A stretch of DNA of 64,000 nt from Eledone cirrhosa (lineage: Eukaryota): NCBI GenBank assembly GCA_964016885.1, contig OZ024751.1, positions 21,390,001 through 21,454,000 on the forward strand, read 5' to 3'. The notes under the pieces are model-generated. The model worked only from the letters and a program-made list of their open reading frames with translations. It ran no database searches and was not told the DNA's origin. Both the position numbers and the translations under genes were made by a program. This document shows, piece after piece, positions 14,159 to 27,831 of this stretch (position 1 is its first letter; each line of letters starts with the position of its first letter).

Positions 14159-14978
14159 CTCTCAAACACACACATACATACACATACGTTTACTATCTCC
14201 TTTCCACATCGTGACAGATTTTTTATGCCCCAGATACACCAGCTTAATTATAACAAATTCTTTATAAGAATTAACAAATTTCGTTAAAATCGAACATCTT
14301 ATTTTAAGTGATTTTAGGTTACTATAGTAATTTTATATATTATTTATTTCATGTTATTTTATATTATTATTATTTCTCTATAATTAGGTCCTGCGGGTAT
14401 GTGCCTTCTTACGATTTGAAGGAATATTTTGTTTATCTTTCAACTCAAACTAATGAAGATGGAAGATTGTTATATAGAATATTTCCACTTGGTTTCTTTC
14501 TATTAGTTTGTACCAATTAATGGTTTCCTTGAAACCATTATATGCAGAGAGATTATATTAAACATTCGCGGTTCTATTAAAAGCTACTTTATAATAGGTG
14601 TTGTAGAAATTTCGTATATTCGTCTTTATAAGTAAATAACTAACGATACGTTACAGGATTAGATTTTCGTTCGATAAATATAAAAATAAATTGTTAAAAT
14701 CTATATATAATGTTGAGATATTTCTTCTCTTCTTTTACTCTTCTCTGATAAAAGAATTAATCCGAGACGTCGGGTCCCTTCGATTTATATTCATTTGGCC
14801 TTATTCTCTTTGTTATACACATCCTTTTATATTTTATTTGTATATATCTATCTATATATCTATCTATCTATCAACACAAATAACAAAGAAAATAGCACAA
14901 ACACACACAAAAGCGAAAACAGCAGCAACAATGACAAAGAAAACAACATAAATGTGAACTCTAGACACGAAAAGATGG

Positions 14979-15929
14979 GTGAAAACCAAAAAAACTGTAC
15001 CGCAAACAACAACAACCAAAACCCAAACACCCAAGAAAACAAGAACAACAGCAACGAAACACAAAAAAGACCCCACTACACGAATATCTTTTGCCCAGGT
15101 CGTTAAGGAGACTGAAACTTTCACCCCAGTTGACATCAGTAATGCAGCGGAATTGCTAAAAGAGGGGAGAAAACAGGTGAGCTTTGCTGAAAACGGTGAA
15201 TTCACCATAATCTCCCCTAAGGATATTAAAAGAGACACGGTCCTAAGGACAATTAATTTTAGAACTATATCAAATGCGTCGAAAAAACCAGCTCAATTAT
15301 CGCACAGCGAAATTGAGCTGGTGTTAAAAGACGCGTTGAAGGACATGATTTCTATTGAGAGAGGGAAGTTATATGGGAGTCTGATCATTTTGATGAAGGA
15401 CCGATTGGTGACCCAAAAATACTCGGTGTCGCCAATTGTGTCCAAACAGTACACTTTCTTCACCACCTACATGGGGAAGAAAACTAAAAAAATAACAATC
15501 TCCGGTATACACCCAAATACAAATATGTGGTGGATACTAGGAGGGATACTGGACGACGAAAATGAACTCCTTGATATAGGCAAAGCCACCAGGGGCCACT
15601 TTGGCGGTATAGGCATACAGGTTCTGGTTCGAATGAAACCAGAACGTATTGCAATGATACCCCAAAGAGTGTCCCTGGAAAGCTCCCAATTTATGAACAT
15701 TGCAGTTGAGGGTAGGAGGCCCGCTTGCTACCTCTGTGGAGGCAGAGGTCACCTGAGGGCTGCCTGTCCTCAACAAACTAAAAAAACCTTTACTGCCAAC
15801 ACCTCCAAATGCAACCCCCCCCCCCCCCCCCCCACCACCACCACAACCACAACAACAACAACAACAACAACAAACGCAACAAGTCAACCAATAACTGAAC
15901 ACGGCCCCACCCAACCCCTCCCCACCTAA
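14979..15929 (+). CDS. Gag-like ORF1 of a non-LTR retrotransposon with CCHC zinc knuckle; no ORF2 follows
   Basis: 316 open codons of mostly non-repetitive sequence; SFAQVVK motif, RRM-like KKITISGIHP segment, VEGRRPACYLCGGRGHLRAACP (CX2CX4HX4C), Pro/Thr-rich tail; runs into (TA)n at about 16095. The track start is a GTG, so the true start is uncertain. Confidence 0.8.
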   Translation: MKTKKTVPQTTTTKTQTPKKTRTTATKHKKDPTTRISFAQVVKETETFTPVDISNAAELLKEGRKQVSFAENGEFTIISPKDIKRDTVLRTINFRTISNASKKPAQLSHSEIELVLKDALKDMISIERGKLYGSLIILMKDRLVTQKYSVSPIVSKQYTFFTTYMGKKTKKITISGIHPNTNMWWILGGILDDENELLDIGKATRGHFGGIGIQVLVRMKPERIAMIPQRVSLESSQFMNIAVEGRRPACYLCGGRGHLRAACPQQTKKTFTANTSKCNPPPPPPTTTTTTTTTTTTTNATSQPITEHGPTQPLPT

Positions 15930-16453
15930 AACAAATCCAACAACATACATAACAAAACCCCTAAATACACCCCTCCCCTCCAACATGGAAGAGGATCCTT
16001 TAACGTCAGAAGACGAGGGGGCACCCTTCCAAAATATAAGCGAAAAAAAGAAAACACACCGCACCCAGACAAAGGAAAATAACCCCTCCCCAAAATATAT
16101 TATATATATATATATAATATATATATATATATTATACATATGTATATATATATTATATATATTATATATATATATATATATTATATATTATATTATATAT
16201 ATATATAATATATATATATTATATAAATAATATATATATATTATATATATATATATAATATATATATATATATAATATATATATATATTATACATATGTA
16301 TATATATATTATATATATTATATATATATATATATATATATTATATATTATATTATATATATATATAATATATATATATTATATAAATAATATATATATA
16401 TTATATATATATATATAATATATATATATATATAATATATATACATTATATAT

Positions 16454-16499
<46 letters not shown>

Positions 16500-16535
16500 A
16501 TAGATAGATAGATAACTAAACTTACCAGAACACAT

Positions 16536-16636
<101 letters not shown>

Positions 16637-16904
16637 CACACACACACGTACACACAGATAAAAAGACATACTGTCATTCACGTTTCTAAACACTTAAAGT
16701 GCCAAGATTTTCTGATTCATTTGTCGAACGCAAAAGAAAACGTCAACATCAGTAGAATGAACGAACGAACAACATCAACGACAACAATAACAATGACAAC
16801 AACAACAACAACAACAACACATTTCATAAAGATAACATCATCATTATCATCCTATGTGATGATTTCAAACAAATAAAAAAAATAGTCCTACTCTCGTAGA
16901 ATTC

Positions 16905-16946
<42 letters not shown>

Positions 16947-16948
<2 letters not shown>

Positions 16949-17087
16949 GGTCCAGAATTAGCCGTCGAAACGGCTTGAGCTCAGCCGTCGGGGTCCTACT
17001 CGTTCCTATTACCCACTCTACTACCCTAAGTATTGAGTACTTTGGTGCGCTACGGTCCACCTGGCTCCTTACCACATTTCCTTCGTT
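16947..17087 (+). mobile_element. (TA)n-flanked 140-bp element carrying the 3' half of a hammerhead
   Basis: GCCGTC-GAAA-CGGCT-TGAGCTC-AGCCG-TC-GGGG; near-identical copy at 32636-32767 and reverse-complement terminal fragment at 23138-23172. Confidence 0.8.
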
Positions 17088-17188
17088 ATATATATATATA
17101 TATTTGTGTACATATATATGTACACGCATATATATATATATATATATATATGTCTGTGTATACATATGTATATATATACATACACACA

Positions 17189-17225
<37 letters not shown>

Positions 17226-17227
17226 AC

Positions 17228-17269
<42 letters not shown>

Positions 17270-17414
17270 GTACATACGAAATACGGATGACTGATAGTGC
17301 AACCATTTTGGACCATATGTATAGACCTTGTTCTCAGCCAATCGCTGACGTTTCATGATGAAAGAATGCTGGGGAAACCAATATCGATAATAGATCTACA
17401 ACAACAACAATGGC

Positions 17415-17464
<50 letters not shown>

Positions 17465-17561
17465 CAATTATAAAACAATGACGTCAGCTTTTCATCCTTG
17501 GTGATATTATTTGTCTAAATATATACTTTTACTGTTTTGTATGTATATGTATACGCTGGTG

Positions 17562-17620
<59 letters not shown>

Positions 17621-17628
17621 TATACGCG

Positions 17629-17660
<32 letters not shown>

Positions 17661-17661
17661 A

Positions 17662-17724
<63 letters not shown>

Positions 17725-17729
17725 CATAA

Positions 17730-17856
<127 letters not shown>

Positions 17857-18089
17857 CATAAATACACATATATATATAGATAAATACATATATATATATA
17901 CATAAATACATATATATAAATATATATGTGTATGTATGGTTGCTTCTGTGTATATATATGTGTAGATTTTTAGAGTGTTCGTGTTTTTGCGTGTGTTGTG
18001 TGTATGTGTGTGTGTTCCTTGGAAAGTTTAAACAAATCAATGGTAGATAATTATCTGTATGTACCAATTTGTTTGTGTTTGTTTGTGTA

Positions 18090-18121
<32 letters not shown>

Positions 18122-18165
18122 ACAGAAAAAAGAGAATCAGTGTTGCGACGAGAGGAATTTATTGG

Positions 18166-18258
18166 ATATATTACAATTGTTTCTTGGGCGACCAGCTCAA
18201 GGCACGATCGATGTAGTGATCAAACCTGACTCTGAAATTGCGCGGTCCTCGGATACGT
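18166..18258 (-). ncRNA. Hammerhead-like motif (U4C core variant)
   Basis: Minus: ACGTAT-CCGAGGA-(long imperfect stem II)-GAAA-CAATTG-TA-ATATAT, then AATAAA and (TA)n. Confidence 0.45.
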
Positions 18259-18361
18259 GTCGATTCTACGAAGCAGATTTTACTATTCCATACTCTGCTC
18301 TACGAGGACATCGAGTGCTCATACAGCCTACTGCATACGTACGCTTTAATCATCCAACACC

Positions 18362-18408
<47 letters not shown>

Positions 18409-18475
18409 TATACTTACTCACATACACACATATATATAAACACTCACGCACACATATATATATATATATGTGACG

Positions 18476-18516
<41 letters not shown>

Positions 18517-18846
18517 ATGTATATATATATATAGGAAAACGAAGTTGAAAATGCAATTTGAGTCTTTAAAAAGGTTCATTTACCCTAACTTGTAACATTC
18601 CCGGTTTCATAATTGGAAGAACTGTTGATGCCATTCGAGTTATATGTCGGCATAGCCACACATCGCTCGATCCCTCTTAACTTTTGAAAATCAGGAAAAT
18701 TTTGAAACCGGTAAAGTTATATCTTACTGTAAATAAACCTTTTTAAAGACTCCAATTACATTTTCAACTTCTTTTTCCTATACTTTTATCCGTGTGTAAT
18801 ATATTAAAGAAAACCTTACTTTTGAATTGTGTGTGTGTATGTGTGT

Positions 18847-18908
<62 letters not shown>

Positions 18909-18916
18909 GCGTGTGC

Positions 18917-19046
<130 letters not shown>

Positions 19047-19269
19047 GTGTGTGTGTAGAAAATAACCGTATATGTGAAAACAGAACTCAATTAAAGATGA
19101 GATCTGATATATATTATTTATTAATGCTCATACGTGGAAGAAAAGCGCCTTTGGGCTGTCTATGAACATTAATAAATAATATAATATATATATTATCTCT
19201 AAACATTATATCCCCTACTTTTTATATGATCAAGTTACTTGAGAATGTGGTGAGCAATCTAACTAGCTT

Positions 19270-19870
19270 TGTATCATTTTGAAGACATATGAAGACTTTG
19301 GGAGAGATTTCCAGTACAGACGCTGACTTTAACAAGACCTTTGACTCGGAGAATCACAATCGCCTGTTTAAGAAACATTGGTGTCTGTGGGAAGCCACGC
19401 TACTAAAGTGGATTGAGTGTTTCTTGGTGAGCAGAATCTAACATGACCAATGACATCTTAAACGTCACAAAGCACTGAAAACTAAGTATCTTTATAGATA
19501 AGTCCAAGCTCCAGAAAATCATAAACGGAGTGAGAGGCCTGTTATGCCTTCAATCGGGTCTGCTCGCTGTTATTTAATGGGCGAGAAGAAAAAAAAATAT
19601 GATACAAAACGAGAATAAATTTGAGCTAATCCACTTTGGAAAAGAGGATGCATTTAAGTTATTATATTATCTTCCATTGGGCAAAACCATCGTGGCACCC
19701 AAAATCGCTAAAGACCTTGAAGTATCTGTCAATAACAGTAAGTTCGGTGTGTGTGTTCCAAGATATTTAGTATCTTCTTGTCTAGAGATGTACATACCAT
19801 TATCCTTCTCTTCTCTCCCTTCGTTCAACGCCATATTGAATACTGTTGCCAGCTGTGGTCCCAGTACCGC
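19270..19870 (+). mobile_element. Degenerate CR1/L2-type LINE RT remnant
   Basis: Ordered motifs DFNKTFDSENHNRL, LLKWIECFLVSR, NENKFELIHFGK, KDLEVSV, FVQRHIEYCCQLWSQY with stops, frameshifts and deletions. Confidence 0.85.
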
Positions 19871-19877
19871 AGGCTAT

Positions 19878-19968
<91 letters not shown>

Positions 19969-20032
19969 CGGAACAAGTAAACATTAAACAATCTTTTAAA
20001 TAAATTAAAATACGATTTAAATATTTACCTCT

Positions 20033-20136
20033 TCTAGTGCCATGACCGACGGTTTCGCTTATCAAAAGATTGGAAATTCAGAGAATTTCCAATGGAGAGA
20101 TATAGCTCTTCAGATAGCTTTTCCAAATCTACTAGA
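20033..20136 (-). ncRNA. Type-I hammerhead ribozyme, canonical core
   Basis: Minus: UCUAGU-(12 nt)-GCUAU CUGAAGA GC...AUUGGAAAUUC UCU GAAUUUCCAAU...GC GAAA CC GUC GG UC | AUGGC ACUAGA; all core nucleotides, G10.1-C11.1 pair and GUC triplet present. Confidence 0.85.
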
Positions 20137-20425
20137 CATAAGTCCGCATAGATGTAGATATATCACTCTCTGCCCAGTGAATGAATCAAGCCGTTAAAAT
20201 GACCCACACACTTATTGGACCGTCAGAAAAAGCGGGAATTATAGACACGCTGATATTCATGCTGCTAGAAATAGCAGCATGATACAGCATTTTTTTTCCT
20301 CTACATTAAGGAGAATACAGATAAATGATATAGATATCTCAGTAGGTACTAGGTACCCACGGAAATATATATGGTGTCTATAATAGTGGTTGTTCTATGG
20401 TATATATATATAGAGAGAGAGAAAG

Positions 20426-20492
<67 letters not shown>

Positions 20493-20495
20493 GAG

Positions 20496-20638
<143 letters not shown>

Positions 20639-21057
20639 TATCAGAGAAAAATGACTATGTAGGTTCAGTTAATGTAAAATTCAAATGGAAGGCCGGACAA
20701 ACCAAACAATTATTCCATTCATTGACTACTCATAACAAACAAGCTAAGTTTTCCGGTGGTAAAGGTAGGAAACCCCCACCCATGATACTACCACAACGAT
20801 AAGACCAGAAGAATTTTTTTTATATAAATGGTAAGAAAAATTACCCCAAATAGAATAAAAAATAAAGATAATGATAAAAAAATATATAATTTATAGAAAT
20901 ACAATAAATAAAATCAATAAGAAATGAACAAGAACAAAAATAAAAAATATATATAAATCAAATTGATGGGTTAAAAAACTTACAAAAAAAAAAAATATAT
21001 ATATATATATGAGAGACGTAAAATAAGAAAATTATAAAATTAACTTACTAAAATTTC

Positions 21058-21139
21058 ACTTCCAACTAATTAGTTTCTGAAAGGGAATAAATATACTTTC
21101 CGAAGAAAATATATAGAATCCTTTCGTCGTCAGGGAAGT
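21058..21139 (-). ncRNA. Type-I hammerhead ribozyme, near-canonical
   Basis: Minus: ACUUCC CUGACGA C-GAAAGG...CCUUUC-A GAAA CUAAUUAG UU | GGAAGU; 6-bp stem I, palindromic stem III, GUU triplet; C.A mismatch at base of stem II. Confidence 0.7.
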
Positions 21140-21421
21140 CAATATATATATATATATATATTAATATATATATATATATATATATATTGACTTCCCTGAC
21201 GACGATATATATATATATGCGTGTGTGAGTGTGTGTGTGTATACATATATATATATAAAATTAATGGTAAAGACCGTTAACTTGTGTATGTGTGTTTGTG
21301 TGTGTTTTGAACGTGTATGAAATATTAATCATTTTTCTCTCTGATATTTTGATTGACTATTTTAAACTCTGGCAACAATTCATCTTTCTCACCTTTCGTA
21401 CTAATATTTAGGTCCCTTACT

Positions 21422-21599
21422 TTCGACTCTCCACGCAAATGGCATTGCCTGCCATTGTTGGTTATCTCCCCCTACTTTCGACCTTCCGCGGTAGTGCCAT
21501 TGCCTACCATTGACGCCCCCTCCCCACCCTCCCCCACTACGTTCGACTCTCCACGCAAATGGCATTGCCTGCCATTGTTGGTTATCTCCCCCTACTTTC
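21422..21599. repeat. 58-bp direct duplication, period 120
   Basis: TTCGACTCTCCACGCAAATGGCATTGCCTGCCATTGTTGGTTATCTCCCCCTACTTTC at 21422-21479 and 21542-21599. Confidence 0.9.
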
Positions 21600-21737
21600 T
21601 TTCATTGACACCGGTTGTTGTGGTGTTTTTAGTTGCAGCCTGAAGATATGTTTGTTTTTTTTCTCTCCCTGTGCCCCAACGACCTTTATCTCTTTCTCTC
21701 TTCCCACAGCGTTATCAGTTATTAATCGGTTGTGTCA

Positions 21738-21957
21738 TACGGGAGTCGGCTGAAAGGTTCATAGGCTAAAAAAAATTCATAGGCTGACCAAAATATTTTC
21801 ATGGAATAACCAAATAAGGTTTATTGTTCAACATAGTCTCTGAAAAGAAACAATTCAGTTGTCAATAAGAAGAACTGAAATTAATCCATGCAAGATTTCA
21901 CAGCTCTAACAACTCCCCTTCATTGCCAGCCAATGAACTTTTCAGTCCATCCTCGTA
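21738..21957. mobile_element. Tc1/mariner-derived MITE
   Basis: Imperfect ~30-bp TIRs: TACGGGAGTCGGCTGAAAGGTTCATAGGCT versus reverse complement of the right end TACGAGGATGGACTGAAAAGTTCATTGGCT; TA at both ends. Confidence 0.75.
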
Positions 21958-22795
21958 TGTCTAACGACAGGGAAGCTAACTAAATTTATACATATATTTT
22001 CTTTCGTTTGATGGCATTCGTTGTGCCCTAGGGTATTTAGATAAATTTTCAATAATTTCCTGTCTGTTTTGTCTGTACCATCGCAATATACCCATATATA
22101 TTTAAATACAAACTGTTTTCGTACTTTACTGACAGATTGTTAGTTTGCCTGTTTATAGTTTCGTGTCAAAATTTCCGAACAGGCGATTGACACAAAAATA
22201 AATATAAGAAACACATAAAAGAAAAAAAGAGAAAAAATTAATCATAAAATTTATACAAAATAAAATTATCATTATTTAATTACATTATTTTATATTTATT
22301 ATGTATACATTTTTAGCATTTAAAAATTTTATTTCTTTTTTTCTTTTATGTGTTTTTTTAACATTTATTTTCGTTTATTTATTTTTGTTGTTGTTTTGTT
22401 TTCATTCTATTGTTGTTTTTGTGTATTTTTGGGGTTATTTTTTTATCATTAATTTCTATTTGTTTATATTATATCTTTATATCCGTGGTTCTAATAAAGT
22501 TGACCATAAACTGACTATTTTAATAACTTGCGATACTGAGATCAATTCCCATTAATATAACCGATGAGTGTGGAGTACATCGTCACTAATAGTAATGAGG
22601 ATGGCGTTGGTGTGAACGGTGGTGTTGATGGTAATGGTGGCGGCGGGGGTGACTGTGGTTCATTGGCAACGGAAGCGTCCGTGGCGTCGGTGGTGCTAAT
22701 GGTAATAATGGTGTAGATGGTGGTAGTTAAATTAGAACTGTTAATGTGATATATGCCATGTGTTTATCACATGTGACATTTTAATACTCTAAGTG

Positions 22796-22941
<146 letters not shown>

Positions 22942-23169
22942 CATACATGTGTCTTGATACACGTGTGCTTTCCTTATCTAAAACTTTTCCTTCCATACTT
23001 AAGTTTTATGTTTATTTTGACAACATGACAATAATGTATTTCTCTCATGCCAAAAATACAAATACACCCGTATATATTATTTGATGTGTACCCCAGATAA
23101 ACACACACATCTACACATCATATTTATATATATATATAACGAAGGAAATGTGGTAAGGAACCAGTGGTT

Positions 23170-23244
<75 letters not shown>

Positions 23245-23340
23245 TGTAGATGTGTAGATATATTTATATATATACGATCGTAAAATGATGAATTTTTTTA
23301 ATATAAGGAACTGTTTCTTTGTTTATTCATTATTTTATTA

Positions 23341-23376
<36 letters not shown>

Positions 23377-23389
23377 TGTAGATGTGTAG

Positions 23390-23427
<38 letters not shown>

Positions 23428-23750
23428 TTAAATATATATGGCGTGCCTGTGTGTGTATGTGTATGTGTGTGTGTACAAGGATAAATAAACAACTAGTGTT
23501 TATATGGAGATACACAAATGTATATTTTAAAGTACGTTATTATATTTCATATGTCCATATGCGTGATTTTTATTATACTGTCACAAAAAATATACACATT
23601 AATTTGTATTTCAACATATATATATGTATATATATATATGTGTGTGTGTGCGTGTGTGTCTGTGTGTGAGAGACAGAGTGTGTGTGTGTGTGTGAGAGAG
23701 AGTGTGTGTGTGAGAGAGAGAGAGAGTGTGTGTGTGTGTGTGTGAGTGTG

Positions 23751-23785
<35 letters not shown>

Positions 23786-23836
23786 TACACTGACATGATG
23801 TCTTACCTGTGATGAATATTAATGATATGTTATGTA

Positions 23837-23941
<105 letters not shown>

Positions 23942-24049
23942 CTGTATGTATGTGTGTGTAAAGTACGACAGATTGCCAAATGGAATAAATAAAATAGTAA
24001 TGATAATAATAATAATAATATTAATAACAATAATAATAATAATAATAAT

Positions 24050-24511
24050 GTCAAAGGGCAAAGGGCAAAGGAGCTCTTAAAAGTCAATGGCCATCCAAAA
24101 TCACCGGGAGAGATGACCCCTTAGCCTTTGTCAAGGCAGAATTCTAGAAGGAAAACTCTGATATAACACCTGCAACTCTGATGGTAACCAATGATGTTGA
24201 CTTGTTCTTCTTTTTGGTAAATATCATCTTGGTTAAGCGAGTGGGACTGGCTTTGTGCAGTGCCTTTGCTCACTATAAAAGCTTCACGACACAGGCATTG
24301 CTTTATATCTGGAGATCTCTCTGCACATGTCGTCACATGATACCATGGGCCCAGCACTATGTGTCACTAATTGTCACAAGTGTAGTGTTTGTACCAGAGT
24401 TTTCAAGTCGCTGGCTGGACTAAAAAGTCACACTCGTTCAGTACATCGGTAGGGGTACTCCTACATGGATATAAAGTAGTGGCCGTACTCGAAAACGATT
24501 TGGCAGCCACC
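24050..24511 (+). mobile_element. RTE-derived non-autonomous element, 5'-truncated copy 2
   Basis: Closely similar to about 1795-2247; follows (TAA)n and ends in (TATG)n. Confidence 0.85.
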
Positions 24512-24828
24512 ATGTATGTATGTATGTATGTATGTATGTATGTATGTATGTATGTATGTATGTATGTATGTGTATATGTATGTATATATGCATGTTTGTA
24601 TGTTTGTATGTATGCTTGTATGTTTGTTTGTTTGCCTGTATGCATGCATGTTTGTGTGTATGTATGTAATTATGTATGTATTCATGTATGCATTCATACA
24701 TGTTTGTAAGTTTGTAAGTATGTATGAATGTATGTATTATGTAACTATGTATGTAAGCAATTATGTATGTTCGGTTATATATATTTATATATATATATAT
24801 GCGTTATATATATGTGTATATATACTAT

Positions 24829-24923
<95 letters not shown>

Positions 24924-24930
24924 TATATAC

Positions 24931-25018
<88 letters not shown>

Positions 25019-25032
25019 GCGTTATATATATG

Positions 25033-25063
<31 letters not shown>

Positions 25064-25573
25064 GCGTGTGTATGTGTATATGTGTGTGTGTGTGTGTTAG
25101 GTATAATCACGACTTCCTAACCAATACAGATGAGAAATATGAAGTGTCTCTCTCTGTGTTAAATCGTTAGAGAGAAGAATAAGACTTTAATGAAAGTTTA
25201 CTTGCACTTTAAACTGTCTTTATTGCAAGTTGTTGTGCACACGTCTACACATACACACACACACTCACACACATACACACACATACACACACACACCTAG
25301 AGAAACTTCTCTTAATTGTTTCTCTCTAGCTTTCTTCCGTCACCTCTATCTTTCTCTTTCTCTCCCTCTCTGTCTCTCTCCCTCTTTCCCTTTTGTTCTC
25401 TGATGGCACTTATACAAACGTATGTATATATATATATATATATATATATGTAAGTATGTATATACACACATACATATATGTAGGTATAATCTGTCCATGT
25501 ATACACACAAACACACACACATACATATATATATATATATGTGTGTATATATATATATACATACATACATATA

Positions 25574-25642
<69 letters not shown>

Positions 25643-25849
25643 TTAAGTCGTTTGGAAGCCTCGACAATGCAAATGGGTAAATCTCCGGGTAACAAGGTCC
25701 GGTGGTGGAGAGAGAGATGTAAGTGGGTGTACGTTGAGATGCGTGGTGTGTATAAGATGTGTGAGATGTGTAAAATGAAGGGAAGAGTATAAAGGATAAA
25801 ATTAAAATAACAACACAAGAGAGAGTTACCTTGGGAGAGATTTAATAGT

Positions 25850-25962
<113 letters not shown>

Positions 25963-26015
25963 AGTATGTGTGTACTAAGAGTGAGAAATGAAATTTCGTT
26001 TTCATTTTATTTCAA

Positions 26016-26131
<116 letters not shown>

Positions 26132-26540
26132 TATATATAGATATATACATACATACACGTTTATATATATATGTGTGTGTGTGTAACAGTGTTTTGGGTG
26201 GGAAGTTGTGTGTGCTTATAATTCTCGCCATTTTATATACACGCCATTAACTATGGAACCCCAATTTCTGTAACACTTTGGTAATATATCCTGATTAAAA
26301 TATTAATCCATATCCCCATAGCTGAGCAGACTGTCTGTCTACAAAGGTGTGTGCATGCGTATGTGTGTCCCTGTGTGAATATGTGTGTGAGTATGTATGC
26401 GTGCGTTTGTTTGGCTGTGTATATGTTTGCCTGCACGTGAATTTATATGACTTTGCATGCGTGCGTTTGTGCGCATGCGTGGGGCGTCTATGTGTGTAGC
26501 TGTCTGTGTTTGTATGTGTTTGTATCTGTTCAATTTTCAA

Positions 26541-26638
<98 letters not shown>

Positions 26639-26760
26639 TGTTTATGCATGTGTTTGTGCGTATGCCCGTGTCCTTTACACGAGAGTGACAATGAAGGTGA
26701 TGATGTCGATGAGGTGAAGGAGGAAATTATGGAGATGTTTATCGTGAGTGTGATGGCGAT

Positions 26761-26940
26761 GGTGGTGATGGTGGTGATGGTGGTGATGGGGAGGGTGATG
26801 GCTACGTAGTAAGCTACAAATGGTGATGGTGGTGATGGTGGTGATGGGGAGGGTGATGGCTACGTAGTAAGCTACAAATGGTGATGGTGATGATGGTGGT
26901 GATGGGGAGGGTGATGGCTACGTAGTAAGCTACAAATGGT
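26761..26940. repeat. 58-bp tandem repeat x3
   Basis: GCTACGTAGTAAGCTACAAAT at 26801, 26859 and 26917. Confidence 0.9.
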
Positions 26941-27516
26941 GATGGTGATGATGGTGGTGATGGTGATGGTGATGGTGATGGTGATGGCGATGGTGAGGAA
27001 GGCTGCAGATGCTGATGCTGATGCTGATGTCGGTGGTGATATTGATGGTTATGTTGTAAGCTACAGATGGTGTTGATAAGATATAGTTAAATGAACTCTT
27101 TTATCCTATATATTACTTCTGTTCCAATTCTGTCTCAAACTTAGATAATTATGGTGAAATTATTGAAATTCATTTATTAACTTATTCAGTCACACGATCA
27201 GAAGATTAGAATGAGTAAAGTAGCAAAGGAACATTCACCCCACCGCACCCCTCTCCCGCTTCCAAGGCCAAAGAACTTGAGCCCCCTCCTCCCAACTTAA
27301 CCCTTTTATGCCCGGATTTGTAATGAAATACACTCTTTCTCTGCCATTGGACCTGTAGCAGGGAGACGCTTTCGGTCCCTGACCGCCTCTTTACTCACAT
27401 CTATCAAGGTGGAGTTGGTTACCTGCAGGCGTGATCACTCTGCAGTGAACTCGCCTTTTGTCAAACCTATAGTGGTGGAAACTTCTAGAATTCTGGATCC
27501 TAGAATCACCTCCCTA

Positions 27517-27831
27517 CTCACAGCTATCGGGGACTGTGTTGACTACCCGCAAGTGTGAGCACCATAAAGTGAACTGGATTCTTGGCAAACTCATAGCGAT
27601 GGAGACGTCTGGCGTTCTTGGTCCCTGTAACACCTTCTTGCTCACAGCTATCGGGGACTGTGTTGACTACCCGCAAGTGTGAGCACCATAAAGTGAACTG
27701 GATTCTTGGCAAACTCTTAGCGATGGAGACGTCTGGCGTTCTTGGTCCCTGTAACACCTTCTTGCTCACAGCTATCGGGACTGTGTTGACTACCCGCAAG
27801 TGTGAGCCTCATAAAGTGAACTGGATTCTTG
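27517..27831. repeat. 124-bp tandem repeat x2.5
   Basis: CTCACAGCTATCGGG at 27517, 27641 and 27765; units nearly identical. Confidence 0.9.

Noticed and set aside
14740-14775. CTGATAA-AAGAATTAATCC-GAGA-CGTC minimal hammerhead look-alike
   Set aside because: Two core substitutions and a weak stem II.
25123-25226. CAGATGA...GAAA-GTTTA...TAAACT-G motif
   Set aside because: Position 4 altered and G at the cleavage position; stem I not adjacent.
27517-27831. CRISPR-like appearance of regular repeats here and at 11599, 26761, 30610 and 37065
   Set aside because: Units are contiguous with no unique spacers, there are no cas genes, and the context is eukaryotic.
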